Positions 9,230-19,031 of a DNA stretch of 58,665 nt are shown one piece after another. Both the position numbers and the translations under genes were made by a program. The stretch lies in the IMG/VR virus record IMGVR_UViG_3300036766_000466, positions 1 to 58,665 of that record. The stretch is one strand, 5' to 3'. Source of the stretch: a virus. Its lineage: Duplodnaviria; Caudoviricetes. Below the pieces are notes generated by a model, which saw nothing but the letters and a program-made list of their open reading frames with translations, was not told the DNA's origin and did not search any database. How positions within the stretch are numbered: position 1 is the stretch's first letter; every line of letters starts with the position of its first letter.

Positions 9230-11190
9230 CCCCCGAAGTTTTTTATTGCTTTTCTAAGTGATCCATTCGCCATAATAGCACGCGTTATTTGCATCTCCAT
9301 CGCCGCCTGCGCGGAAGGGCTAGATAGCATATCCGAGAAAGATTTGGCGTCGTTTGCCGTAATAAAATAAATGTTTTGCCCGCTCTTGGATTGCGTGGCG
9401 CCCGCATTGATAGATTTTAAAAGCTCTTTATTTTCCTGTGCGGCGGACTTTCGGACGATGAATTCCCCGGATTGGGCCATGACTGGGACTTCTCCTCCGG
9501 ATGGGAATTTCATAATCTCGCCCCCAGAGTGCTTATCAAGAACGAACGCGTCTGGGTTTTCAGGGGTTCTGAGATCAACGCCGAGGGCGGCTTGAGATGC
9601 GGAAGTGCCTGCGCCGAGAGAGGAAGATGCAATCGAACTAAGCCCCCCGGCAATCCCACTAATGGCTCCAAATATAGAGCCAACCTTTGAAAGCGTACTC
9701 GTCTTCCCCGGTGTGATCGTCGCCGTCATTATCCCGCCAGTAGACTTGGCAGCGGAGCAAGTACACTCGGCGATCTGGTGGAGGAGGGTAATCATCATTT
9801 TTTCATTATCGAGACTTTGGGACGACAAACTATTTGCCAGTCGCGCATTAGATTCGACGGGACTTTCTTTTCCGGCGATGCTCGCCTCGAGAGAATCGGT
9901 TGGTTTCTTTCCAAATAGACTGGAGAATATATTTCCAGTTCCACCCTTGCCAGTCATGCTTGAAAATAGACTTTCTGTTATTGCATCAGACACCGCCCGG
10001 TTGAACATGGATTGAAAGGATTTCAAGACATCCATCCAAGATTGTTTCTCGCCTTGAAGGAATTTAAAAAGGACATCGCTTGAGGTTTTTTGAGTGCCAC
10101 TGACGACGTTTTTTATATAATCGTCATAAATCTGTTTCTGATTTTTTAGACCTAACTTTGTGAGTTCAAAGGCATCTCTTTCAGCCTTCTGTTTTTGCTC
10201 TATCTCTGCTTTCACAACAGCTATTCTGGCGGCGCTACCCGTGTTTGTGGCGCTTAACATTTCGGCCTCTTGCTTTTTTTTGAGAGCTAGCCTGTCATCA
10301 CCCATAATCCTAAAAGTCTCTGCCTCTATGTTTAAGTCTTCTATCTTTTTTGTTAGGTCAAATTTCCTAAGTTCAGCCTCCTTTTGAAGCTCCGCGTCAC
10401 GAATTACATGCTTAGTCCTGACCGTATCTTTTGACAGACTAACTTTTTCTATTTCTGCTTGATATTTTTTTTCTATCGCTAATCTGTCATCACCATTTAG
10501 TTTGGCAAGTGTCGATTGAGCCTGGAGATCTTGAACCTTAATGGACATGACCAATTTATTTCTTTCTTGCTCCTGCTTGGCCATGAGCAGGGTGTTCTGC
10601 TGAAAAAACTTAAAATCATTTCCTGCGGTTGACACTTTGAGAGCCACTCTCTCCGCTTCTTGCTTCAACATGAGAGCGGTTATCTCGTCACCCTTGATCT
10701 GCTGTGTCTGGGCCTGAAGAGTCAAATTCTCGATTTTTGTTTTATCTGTTTGGGCAAACATAACCTGGCGAACCGCTACATCCAGGGCTTGGGATGGATT
10801 CACTTTTCCGGTAGTCAGGGCTCCTAGAAATGCGTAATAAATGGATAGGTAATTTGCTATTGCACCGCCAGTTCTGGAAACGCCAGCTTGAAGATTTTCT
10901 AGTGCTTTTCCGGCAGACTCCGAGCCTTTCGCCATCGCACTTAAAGTGAATGTGATAGCCGCTAAAGGAATTGCGAGGGCAAAAATTTCCTTATGTAGTA
11001 ATCTAGTTTCCTTCGATGCTGCCCTTAAAGCATTGGTGTGCTTTTCTTGTCCGGCTGTACCTTCCTTTAATTTTTGTTGATATCCATCAGCCTGTTTTTG
11101 AAGTTCTGCATTTTGAGCTTTTAGGGCAGTTACCTGCTCCAAGCCCTTAACAAAAACTTCATAGCTTATTTGTACTATGTCTTCTGGCAT
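9226..11190 (-). CDS. Tail tape measure protein
   Basis: Long helical/coiled-coil protein with C-terminal HSGG...GEVPVMAQSGEFIV and ITANDAKSF motifs. Confidence 0.85.
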   Translation of the reverse strand: MPEDIVQISYEVFVKGLEQVTALKAQNAELQKQADGYQQKLKEGTAGQEKHTNALRAASKETRLLHKEIFALAIPLAAITFTLSAMAKGSESAGKALENLQAGVSRTGGAIANYLSIYYAFLGALTTGKVNPSQALDVAVRQVMFAQTDKTKIENLTLQAQTQQIKGDEITALMLKQEAERVALKVSTAGNDFKFFQQNTLLMAKQEQERNKLVMSIKVQDLQAQSTLAKLNGDDRLAIEKKYQAEIEKVSLSKDTVRTKHVIRDAELQKEAELRKFDLTKKIEDLNIEAETFRIMGDDRLALKKKQEAEMLSATNTGSAARIAVVKAEIEQKQKAERDAFELTKLGLKNQKQIYDDYIKNVVSGTQKTSSDVLFKFLQGEKQSWMDVLKSFQSMFNRAVSDAITESLFSSMTGKGGTGNIFSSLFGKKPTDSLEASIAGKESPVESNARLANSLSSQSLDNEKMMITLLHQIAECTCSAAKSTGGIMTATITPGKTSTLSKVGSIFGAISGIAGGLSSIASSSLGAGTSASQAALGVDLRTPENPDAFVLDKHSGGEIMKFPSGGEVPVMAQSGEFIVRKSAAQENKELLKSINAGATQSKSGQNIYFITANDAKSFSDMLSSPSAQAAMEMQITRAIMANGSLRKAIKNFGG

Positions 11191-11191
11191 A

Positions 11192-11785
11192 TTAACGGAT
11201 TCCTATGATGTAATCTTTGACCATTTTATTAATATCATCAATATCCTGATCTTGAAATAAGACAAATGGTCGCGCTGGAATATTAATCGTCCTGGCACCC
11301 ATAGAAAATCCCCTGGCTCTGAAACCAAACCCAACCCTGTTCGGCCCACTCAATTTTATTCCCCTCTTGAAACTTCCCGCTCGGATTCCTCTGAGATATC
11401 TATTGCGTTGGAATAATTCATTTCTGGCCCCTTGATTAATGACCCCGCCGAATTGATGGATGGCCGCATACTTAACGGACGTTCCAAGTGTCAAACGTGT
11501 TGAGGATGTCCTATAATGAATGCTCCCCTTTAGAATTCCACCGCGAATCAACGGCTGAGACGAATACCCATTTCTAACTTTTTGTTTTAGCGTTGAAGAT
11601 GAAAGAGGAGCCCATGAATTCGGTCTACCACTTTCCAAAAAATTCTGATTTATGGAATAGAGCATTAATTGACCAGCGCGTTTTAGTGGAATTGATAAAT
11701 TTTGAGAACGGCTTTCCACGCCGTCTAATTTGACGGTGAGTTCATTTGCGCCATTCATATTTATCTTGATTCCAATATCAGCCAT
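11192..11785 (-). CDS. Phage virion morphogenesis protein (Mu gpG/tail completion S family)
   Basis: WAPLS.ST, YAAIHQFGG, IPARPF motifs. Confidence 0.9.
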   Translation of the reverse strand: MADIGIKINMNGANELTVKLDGVESRSQNLSIPLKRAGQLMLYSINQNFLESGRPNSWAPLSSSTLKQKVRNGYSSQPLIRGGILKGSIHYRTSSTRLTLGTSVKYAAIHQFGGVINQGARNELFQRNRYLRGIRAGSFKRGIKLSGPNRVGFGFRARGFSMGARTINIPARPFVLFQDQDIDDINKMVKDYIIGIR

Positions 11786-12024
11786 TATTTCCTCGCCCCT
11801 ATTTCCTTGAGCTTATTCTCAATAATATTAAAATCAATCACGTCTCTTAATCTCTGGTCGTAATATCCGCCGGTCGAAGGCAGACACCGAAGCTCATAAT
11901 CCCCTTTCGGGGAACAAAAAAAGTATTTGGATATTGCGGATGGGAGAGAGGCTAACCCGGCTTTTTCGAGGATTCCTTTAGTCGGAATGCCCGCAAAAAT
12001 GAGTTCAATGCAGAGTTCTAACTT
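11785..12024 (-). CDS. -1 frameshift extension of tail assembly chaperone (gpGT-like)
   Basis: Open -1 frame after the A9 run, containing LPSTGGYYDQ and ending in a TAATG overlap with the next gene. Confidence 0.75.
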   Translation of the reverse strand, partial: KLELCIELIFAGIPTKGILEKAGLASLPSAISKYFFCSPKGDYELRCLPSTGGYYDQRLRDVIDFNIIENKLKEIGARK

Positions 12025-12365
12025 TTTTTTTCCTCAGCGGTGATTCTCAGGCCCGCTCGTTCTTCGATTTCTTTCACAAGCCAGACGATCACGCCGACGG
12101 GAAGTTTTCTTTTGTTCTCGGCATTGCACTCGACCTCTTGCCCATCAGACACGATCCCTTTCCAGCCAGAAACACATTGCTCGGTTTTGATGTCCCGATC
12201 CCGGCTCACGTCATATCGGAATCCACCCTTGCCGTCTTGGACGATACATTCCTTATCGATCATCTCCTGGATGGCCGGGGTCATGTGACGCATAATAAAC
12301 GTCGCCCCAAGCCAAGGGTGTTTAAGTTCGTAATTTTTAGCCGGGTCTACAAGCTCAATGCTCAT
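12018..12365 (-). CDS. Tail assembly chaperone (gpG-like)
   Basis: VSGWKGI motif; ends EEKKS on a slippery A-run; lies downstream of the tail tube. Confidence 0.8.
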   Translation of the reverse strand: MSIELVDPAKNYELKHPWLGATFIMRHMTPAIQEMIDKECIVQDGKGGFRYDVSRDRDIKTEQCVSGWKGIVSDGQEVECNAENKRKLPVGVIVWLVKEIEERAGLRITAEEKKS

Positions 12366-12820
12366 TTAATTTTTGACCATCTTTTAAAGTTTATAATCAT
12401 ACAAACTTCCGCTCTATGTACACCAAAACGCTTGGCAATCTCTCTTTGAAGAAATTGTCTCGTAGAATAAATTCTTCTTATCATCCTAACATCGCTGATT
12501 GAAAGTTTTGTCGTGCCATTTTTCGTTCTGCCCTTTAGCATACAATCGTGCATATTGTCTTTTTGATTGCCAGAAAATAGATGATCTGGATTGCAACAAG
12601 GCGGGTTATCACATTTATGGCATACCATCAATCCACGAATATCCTCACCAGTTTTTGCTTTGTAGACAGCACGATGAGCATATTCATAATTACTTTTTCC
12701 GTTATTTTTAGAAAAAAATGTTCCATAGCCAGTGCTTTTATTTATGGAACCCTGCCAAACCAGGCATCCTGTTTTATTTTTTTTAGTTCTTAAAAGAATT
12801 TGACTGAGAGTTTTGGTCAC
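12362..12820 (-). CDS. HNH homing endonuclease (HNH_3 type + C-terminal HTH)
   Basis: AHR...VCHKCDNPPCCNPDHLFSGNQKDNMHD; AT-rich. Confidence 0.93.
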   Translation of the reverse strand: MTKTLSQILLRTKKNKTGCLVWQGSINKSTGYGTFFSKNNGKSNYEYAHRAVYKAKTGEDIRGLMVCHKCDNPPCCNPDHLFSGNQKDNMHDCMLKGRTKNGTTKLSISDVRMIRRIYSTRQFLQREIAKRFGVHRAEVCMIINFKRWSKIK

Positions 12821-13707
12821 ACAACCGTCACTTTCATAGAATTCTGGACGCTCGCGTCGTCAACAAAAGCTGTAAAATTCAGCGTCTCCATAACGTATGA
12901 GGTCTGACTTTCCATCGGTCTGTCTGACGAGTCGTAGTTGATATTCAAAAGTTCGATCTTGAAACTCTTCGACCCGCGCACGTAATTGGCCGTGACCGCA
13001 GATATTTTGTTATTCATAAACCGATCACGGAAGGTCGTGGTCTCAAACAAGATTCCGATAGACCCTGAAACAAATGCTTTGGTGGCTAAAATATCCCGGC
13101 GCGTTCTCAGGTTTCCAAAGAGGTCAGTGACGAGATTATTTTCCTTCGCAACGGAGAAGGACACCACGGCTGTATTGACCACCCCGTCTAGGGTGAAGGT
13201 ACATTCCTCATGGCGGTAGGGGTCATCACCCGAAGGAAATGCCCCACTCGGAATCGTAGACGCGGGAACCCTGGCGTCCATGTCCTTGCCTTCGAGCGCC
13301 ACCGTACACCGAAGGTAGTCCCCCTGTTTACTTGAAAACTCAATACGGCCCACCATGTCGCCGGATGAGTAGACTGCCGCCAGATCACCCTCCTGAGCCT
13401 CAATAGCAAGCGAGGAAAGTGGTATTTGGGGGGTATACGGGCCCGTTCCTCCGATACCCGCCTCCCACCATTGGGTGGGGTTCTGAGGGGATACTGGGAA
13501 GGTAACACTGCCGGTTAGAAGGGAATGGACAAAACGGCCCCCGGTTTGTTCGGGGGTGGCACGGATGCGGTCGTTATAGGCGTAAATATTGGAGGCATTA
13601 AAACGAGAGGATTCGACGACTTGCCAGGAATCGATACCACCGCCAGAACCGAAAGAGGCTTCTTTTCTAAGACCTACAGCACCACGAGCGACGATTGAAA
13701 CGGCCAT
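12817..13707 (-). CDS. Major tail tube protein
   Basis: KEASFG N-terminal motif, size and position upstream of the chaperone. Confidence 0.8.
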   Translation of the reverse strand: MAVSIVARGAVGLRKEASFGSGGGIDSWQVVESSRFNASNIYAYNDRIRATPEQTGGRFVHSLLTGSVTFPVSPQNPTQWWEAGIGGTGPYTPQIPLSSLAIEAQEGDLAAVYSSGDMVGRIEFSSKQGDYLRCTVALEGKDMDARVPASTIPSGAFPSGDDPYRHEECTFTLDGVVNTAVVSFSVAKENNLVTDLFGNLRTRRDILATKAFVSGSIGILFETTTFRDRFMNNKISAVTANYVRGSKSFKIELLNINYDSSDRPMESQTSYVMETLNFTAFVDDASVQNSMKVTVV

Positions 13708-13755
13708 AAGGAGTCGACCCTCTTATCTAGGGTATGTCTATGCGGTCGTATTAGG

Positions 13756-13784
13756 AGTATAGCATATTTTTTGAAAGCAAGTAA
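13756..13784 (-). promoter_or_regulatory. Promoter for tail module (TTACTT-17-TATACT with extended TGn)
   Basis: TGcTATACT extended -10 in intergenic DNA. Confidence 0.55.
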
Positions 13785-13793
13785 TTTTTTGGG

Positions 13794-14816
13794 TTAGATA
13801 AAGGCGAGGTCTTGTTCGGTTCCTTCAAGCATTTCGACGGCTTGGTTATTGTACAGGTGCCACCGACAGTCAAATTTATTACACCCATCGACTGTTTTAT
13901 TTCCTTTGACCTCAGCATGCTTTGCGGATTTCCACACCGTCAGAAAACCATCATCAAAGACATTCCCGATTTGGTCTTGTTTCTCAGTAAAGTAACAACA
14001 CTGGTTTAGGTTTCCTTTGGCGTCCAACACAGCGTGGATGTCGGCCATGAAGCAGTGGTGCTTGCCTGTAAGGAAATTAAGATCACCCTTTACAAAACCA
14101 GAATATTTATTTTTCAGCTCATCCAACACTGCCCCGTATTCAATGCGCTCCTCGGGCGTGAGCGCGGCAGGGCTGTTATGTTCTGCCTTAAAGTGGACAT
14201 AGTCTGCGTCGATTGATTTCGCCCACGCGACAAGCTCGGCCAAGAAGCCCACGTTCTTTCGTCCGATTAAGTGTTTCACGCCGATCCGTGGGGCTTTGAG
14301 CCCGGCGTCGTTTCTCGCCGCGATAAGATCGAAACAGTTTTTTTCTGTCTTGGCAAACGTCCCAGCGGTTGTCCCCTTTACGATTTGGTACAGCCCGTCC
14401 TCGTGTGCATCGACGCCCAGGCGGATATAGCGAAAGGATTCAAGCGCCAATGGAATGTCAAACCTGGCTGCGTTGGTGAGCATACCGACTTGGAGCCCTT
14501 TGTCGTGGGCGTACTTGGCGATTTTGAAACAGTCTTTGTGGACTGTCGGCTCGCCGCCGCCTCCGAACTCGATGGACTCGACACCGAGCTCTACGATCTC
14601 GTCGATGAACCTTAAAAACTTTTCTGTGTCCACCATGTCACCGAATTTGTTGTGGCTCTCGGTGTACAAACAATAATCACAATTTAAATTACAGCGGTGG
14701 GTCAGCCAGCAAGAAACCATGCGTGGGATGACCATTCCGCCCGCTTTTAAAATCTTGGCGTCTTTGTAGAATGAGAGGATGCGGTTGCCGTTGAATGAGA
14801 CGGTATCATTTGGCAT
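13794..14816 (-). CDS. Radical SAM protein with SPASM/twitch domain
   Basis: CNLNCDYC, GGGEP, C-terminal C...G...CC...IGN...W...C..C; start moved to MPNDT. Confidence 0.9.
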   Translation of the reverse strand: MPNDTVSFNGNRILSFYKDAKILKAGGMVIPRMVSCWLTHRCNLNCDYCLYTESHNKFGDMVDTEKFLRFIDEIVELGVESIEFGGGGEPTVHKDCFKIAKYAHDKGLQVGMLTNAARFDIPLALESFRYIRLGVDAHEDGLYQIVKGTTAGTFAKTEKNCFDLIAARNDAGLKAPRIGVKHLIGRKNVGFLAELVAWAKSIDADYVHFKAEHNSPAALTPEERIEYGAVLDELKNKYSGFVKGDLNFLTGKHHCFMADIHAVLDAKGNLNQCCYFTEKQDQIGNVFDDGFLTVWKSAKHAEVKGNKTVDGCNKFDCRWHLYNNQAVEMLEGTEQDLAFI

Positions 14817-15315
14817 TTTTTTTGATTTTCTTTGTCTGTATCTCAAATTCAAAAGCACACTCTGGGCATACAGCGAATTTTTTATTTACAATATTGGTTT
14901 CGCTTTTATCGCCACCAGTGTCTAGTGGGGTTACGTCGAAACCAAAAGCTAATTCGTCCGGTGTAAATCCTGCATCGAGTAAAATCTCTTTATCGAGGTT
15001 TGCAAGGCTATCCCAATCCCACGATCCAATATTTCTGTTCAATCGCAAAGACAGATCCTGCTCTTTTTTTAAGTCTGGAATATTTTTATAGAATACAGGG
15101 ACTTCTTTATGGCCTAGCTTTTTGGCAACCTCAAATCTTTGATTGCCGCCGATGATTACACCCTCCCGCCCTGGCGCGGAGTTGACGACGATGTTTTCAA
15201 CGAATCCGTATTTCTCGATGGATGTTTTAATTTGATCGAATTGCTCTTTCGTTAAGCGACGTGGATTATATTCGGAGTGTTTTAGCGCCCCGACCGCCAC
15301 CATTTTTATTTCCAC
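14806..15315 (-). CDS. ParB/Srx N-terminal domain protein with C-terminal CxxC
   Basis: YNPR...SIEKYGF...IIGGNQR...LN...G.WD; CPEC. Confidence 0.85.
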   Translation of the reverse strand: MEIKMVAVGALKHSEYNPRRLTKEQFDQIKTSIEKYGFVENIVVNSAPGREGVIIGGNQRFEVAKKLGHKEVPVFYKNIPDLKKEQDLSLRLNRNIGSWDWDSLANLDKEILLDAGFTPDELAFGFDVTPLDTGGDKSETNIVNKKFAVCPECAFEFEIQTKKIKKNAK

Positions 15316-15318
15316 GGA

Positions 15319-15519
15319 TCAGACCTTTCTGACGTTTGTCGCTTGATCCCCTTTTGGCCCTTTGGTCACCTCAAACTCAACGGGCTGCCCCTCGTCGAGG
15401 GTCTTGAAACCCTGGCCCTGGATTGCGCTGTGGTGGACAAATACGTCCTTCCCGCCGCCGTCCGGTGTCACGAAACCGTAACCTTTTTCGTTGCTGAACC
15501 ACTTCGTAATTCCCTTCAT
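15319..15519 (-). CDS. cspA: Cold-shock protein
   Basis: KWF, RNP1 KGYGFV and RNP2 VFVHH; 66 aa. Confidence 0.97.
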   Translation of the reverse strand: MKGITKWFSNEKGYGFVTPDGGGKDVFVHHSAIQGQGFKTLDEGQPVEFEVTKGPKGDQATNVRKV

Positions 15520-15534
15520 GCCATGTCTCCCCTG

Positions 15535-15882
15535 TTATTCCTGGTACGTCTCTTTTATGCCGAGCGCCAACGCGATCTCAGCTTTCTTCAATTCCTTTCC
15601 CAAGTACGCGGCATGTGTCAAAGAAGTAACGTATGCCGTGCCGGGGTTCGGGTTATTGTTCTTAAAAATTCCTTGGTAGATGTCTTGAGCGGAGGAGCCG
15701 AAGTAGATCTCAGAAATATTTTTAGGGTTTGGAGATGCCTTGTGGCAAGCAGCCACTTCGATCACCCCCTGCTCAAAGTTTGGCCGGATTAGAAACCAAT
15801 ATCCGCTCGCGTCCATCTCTTGTAGATCGCGGTCTAGGTGGGGACATTCGATCATGGTGAAACCTTCGATGCTACTTTGCAT
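15535..15882 (-). CDS. DUF4346 domain protein
   Basis: DASGYWFLI...HAAYLGKELKKAEIAL...YQE signature. Confidence 0.8.
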   Translation of the reverse strand: MQSSIEGFTMIECPHLDRDLQEMDASGYWFLIRPNFEQGVIEVAACHKASPNPKNISEIYFGSSAQDIYQGIFKNNNPNPGTAYVTSLTHAAYLGKELKKAEIALALGIKETYQE

Positions 15883-16022
15883 AGAATTTACATGTGTTCA
15901 TTGATGGCAAGCTGGACATAGCTCCACTTGTTTATCAATTTCAAGTTTTTTAAAAAATCTTCCTCCATCTTTAGACAAAATCCTAAGAGATGGAATAGGG
16001 TTGTGTGGAGAAAGAAGAATTG

Positions 16023-16316
16023 TTACTGTGTCACCGTTTGTGATTGCATATGCTTTATTTTTAAATTTAGAGGTTTTTTTACCAAATTATTTACATCATC
16101 AATCACTAGAAGACTGAATCCAAGTTCGCGTATTCTTAGAGTATCGCCTTTCTTTGTGGCAGCGTCTTGAGTAATTCCAACGATATTATCAACTGACCCA
16201 AATTTTACGAATCCAGGTGTTTTTGAATATGTGACAATGCGATATTTTCCAATAGGATATTCTGCGCTAAATGTATTTTCCATTATATTAATTTCACCTA
16301 CCAAATCCATCATCAA
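16023..16316 (-). CDS. Second, diverged copy of the capsid cement protein (C-terminal motif lies in the -1 frame, ending at 15898)
   Basis: GEINIMENTF...KYRIVTYS..GFV...GDTLRIRELG aligns with 35209..35601. Confidence 0.75.
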   Translation of the reverse strand: MMMDLVGEINIMENTFSAEYPIGKYRIVTYSKTPGFVKFGSVDNIVGITQDAATKKGDTLRIRELGFSLLVIDDVNNLVKKPLNLKIKHMQSQTVTQ

Positions 16317-18373
16317 TGCACCGACGTTTCGCTTGGCGATTCTTTTCGTGTCTTTACTTTTAGTTGCTCCGATGAATCGATGCTACTTATTCGCTCCTCT
16401 TCCTCGGCTTCGATGGCCATTTTCCTTTGCATTTCTCTTACATCAGCACGGCCAAGAGAAAAATCAACTTCTGCCATTGACGTTGTTGCTTTACGCTTCA
16501 CGATAGCACCAACGGAATCTACATCATAATCGCCCATCTTCTCAAGGGCATTGAATATCGTTTCTATTTCCTCCCTGGTCTTGAAAACGTGTTCATCCAA
16601 AGCAATGCCACGGCCTTCAAGTTCTTCGAGTATTTCAGGAAAGAATTTTTTAAAGATAAACTCCTGGGCTTCCATGATCGTATAGCTGTAAAAATTTTTC
16701 TCTTTGTGCCTTACTTCTTTTTCTTTGGCATACACCCACTTTTTGTATCTGGGAAAGTATTTCTCGAATTTCTCAAAGATAGCTAATGAATCCGCACGGA
16801 CTGGCATCCAGGCAGAACCTTTCTTGATTGTTTCTCGGCTCCCCTCGATGGGGATTATTTTATACCTAGTTGGAACATCAGCCTCAAAAAAGATAGTGCC
16901 GTGAAGCGGCATAAGATAAGGTTCAATGGATAACCCAACACCCATTTTGCCCATCTTACGAAAGCCATTTATATCAATAATCATGTCTTCTGGACGTTCA
17001 TAAGGAGTATGAATCAAAAGAGTGTAATAAGGTTTGATACCGGCATCGAGTATCCACTGCGTAGTTTTCCATATACGCTCAGGGGTTTGCGGTTTGTTCA
17101 TCGAATTCAATTTCCATTGGGATACAGATTCGACACCAATCGAAAGCACTCTCATACCGGCTTTGGCACAACGGGCAACACCATCTTGATCTAGGCGATT
17201 TATATTCGTGAGACAGATGAATCCTAGATGCTCTGGAATTTCTCCAATCGCTTTTGCCGCGATGACGGATTCTGTGAAACCGCGTTCCCATTGTGGCGTA
17301 AGCAAAAAATCGTCGTCACAAAAAAATATCTGGTGAGTATCTGGATATTTTTCTATGACACGTTTTATTATTTTTACCGTGTCTGTTCCTGCCAAGCCAA
17401 CCGCTTTTGTCGGCTTGCCTGTGGCCGCACGTTGAAGGCCGGTGAGGGTGCAGTAGGCGCAATTGACTGGGCAGAACGAATGCATGAACAACCTAAATGT
17501 GTTTATATCTTGGAATTGTGGGTTATCATAAAGACAAGCTGTTTTTTTCCAGTAGTAGTCCTGGTGCATGGCCTGAAAGTCGAGTTCAAATATCCAATCT
17601 GTCCACTCTTCTGTCGTAATCGCCTTCGCATGGTTTCGCATAACAATCCCTGATGCGACAGTAGCCTTTGGTTCGAATAGAGACACCTTCTCTTCGTTGG
17701 CGATGTTGATGAGCGCCCACGGGTCTTGGCCAAGGACGACCATGTCCAGCGGCGACTTGTCGAAAATGGTTTGGTAGTTCAGGGTGGCCTGACTTCCGCC
17801 TCCAACCAGGATCGACTTCAGGGAGAGTTGTTTTGCTTTGATTATTTTTGAGATGTCATATTCGATTGTGGCGTCGAGGATTGAAAAGCCGATGATGTCC
17901 CAGGGTTTCCAGATGATGTTGGTATCTTCAGTAGCTCGTTTTTGAATTGTGAATAAATCGAGGAGGTCTGTATCAGGTCTCCAACACGTGCCATCTTCTA
18001 TTTCTAATTTTGTATCTGAGCAATAAATGCATCTAGCTACTGACCCCCATACGTGATTGCAATCATGCGCACGCACAATATAATGCCCAGGCATCCCTCT
18101 CTTAAATATTTCCTCAAGCGAAACATGCGGATGATCTTGATTGTCCGGATCTTCCCCAGGCTGCATATTCATGTCGTAGGTGGATGCGTAGTGTCCGTGG
18201 GCGTTAAGGCGGGAGGCTTGCCAGTGGCTTCCTTGGTGGGCCGTGACCCAGCGAGAGTCAAAAATAGATTCTTTGGTGTTCGGCCCGACGATCAGGATAT
18301 TCTTCGGCCTGATTCCTTCGGGTCTATTTTTTGGCGGGTTCAAACGAATTGCGGAGTCGTTGGTAATGCTCAA
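16313..18373 (-). CDS. Cobalamin-binding radical SAM protein (class B-like)
   Basis: DIIGFS...LVGGGSQAT B12-binding region; CPVNCAYC; DDDF; IGVES. Confidence 0.85.
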   Translation of the reverse strand: MSITNDSAIRLNPPKNRPEGIRPKNILIVGPNTKESIFDSRWVTAHQGSHWQASRLNAHGHYASTYDMNMQPGEDPDNQDHPHVSLEEIFKRGMPGHYIVRAHDCNHVWGSVARCIYCSDTKLEIEDGTCWRPDTDLLDLFTIQKRATEDTNIIWKPWDIIGFSILDATIEYDISKIIKAKQLSLKSILVGGGSQATLNYQTIFDKSPLDMVVLGQDPWALINIANEEKVSLFEPKATVASGIVMRNHAKAITTEEWTDWIFELDFQAMHQDYYWKKTACLYDNPQFQDINTFRLFMHSFCPVNCAYCTLTGLQRAATGKPTKAVGLAGTDTVKIIKRVIEKYPDTHQIFFCDDDFLLTPQWERGFTESVIAAKAIGEIPEHLGFICLTNINRLDQDGVARCAKAGMRVLSIGVESVSQWKLNSMNKPQTPERIWKTTQWILDAGIKPYYTLLIHTPYERPEDMIIDINGFRKMGKMGVGLSIEPYLMPLHGTIFFEADVPTRYKIIPIEGSRETIKKGSAWMPVRADSLAIFEKFEKYFPRYKKWVYAKEKEVRHKEKNFYSYTIMEAQEFIFKKFFPEILEELEGRGIALDEHVFKTREEIETIFNALEKMGDYDVDSVGAIVKRKATTSMAEVDFSLGRADVREMQRKMAIEAEEEERISSIDSSEQLKVKTRKESPSETSVH

Positions 18374-19031
18374 TGCCTCTCCCTATGTCATACGCGTCTA
18401 CATGCCCTATCACGCGCATTTGTCCTCCCATACGAGGAAAGACATCTTTTGCTAAGTCCCGGTCACCTTCCAAAATGTGATCGAGGAAATCTGGACGAGC
18501 GAACATGACCCCCATCCAAGATACTGTTCCGCCGTCTTGCTTCTCCGTAAAGTGTAACACTTTTCCGTTTGTATCCAAAACTATTGAAGACGCTGACCCG
18601 TCGTTTGGGTGATCCATAGAAAGAAGCCCTGCGACGACCGAAGCGCGGTTGTCATTCCACAAACCAGCATAAAAGCACATCTCATCCAGGATTTTCGTTG
18701 AGTATGTGTCCGTATAGGCGACCATAAAATCTTCGTCTTTGGGCGCGTACTTTCTTATTGTCCCGGCGGTTCCGAGTAGGCCGGCGCTTTCGTCGATGAT
18801 CGTTACTTTGTTTTTTGTTTTTGTCTCATATCGGTAAATCCAGCGAATGACATCTTGGGAGAGATAGTGGACGTTCACCATGACTTCGTTAAAAAAGTTT
18901 GAATCAAAAACAGAATCAAGCCACCATTCCAGCATCGGCTTTCCACCTATCGGAAGTAGACATTTTTGAATGTCGTTTGTGAGGGGACGAAGTCGCATGC
19001 CATTGCCGGCGGCGAGAAGAATAGCTTTCAA
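18324..19031 (-). CDS. hddC: Sugar-1-phosphate nucleotidyltransferase, HddC-like
   Basis: LLAAGNGMRLRPLT...KCLLPIGGKPML, LLGTAG; clustered with hddA and gmhA. Confidence 0.75.
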   Translation of the reverse strand: MKAILLAAGNGMRLRPLTNDIQKCLLPIGGKPMLEWWLDSVFDSNFFNEVMVNVHYLSQDVIRWIYRYETKTKNKVTIIDESAGLLGTAGTIRKYAPKDEDFMVAYTDTYSTKILDEMCFYAGLWNDNRASVVAGLLSMDHPNDGSASSIVLDTNGKVLHFTEKQDGGTVSWMGVMFARPDFLDHILEGDRDLAKDVFPRMGGQMRVIGHVDAYDIGRGIEHYQRLRNSFEPAKK

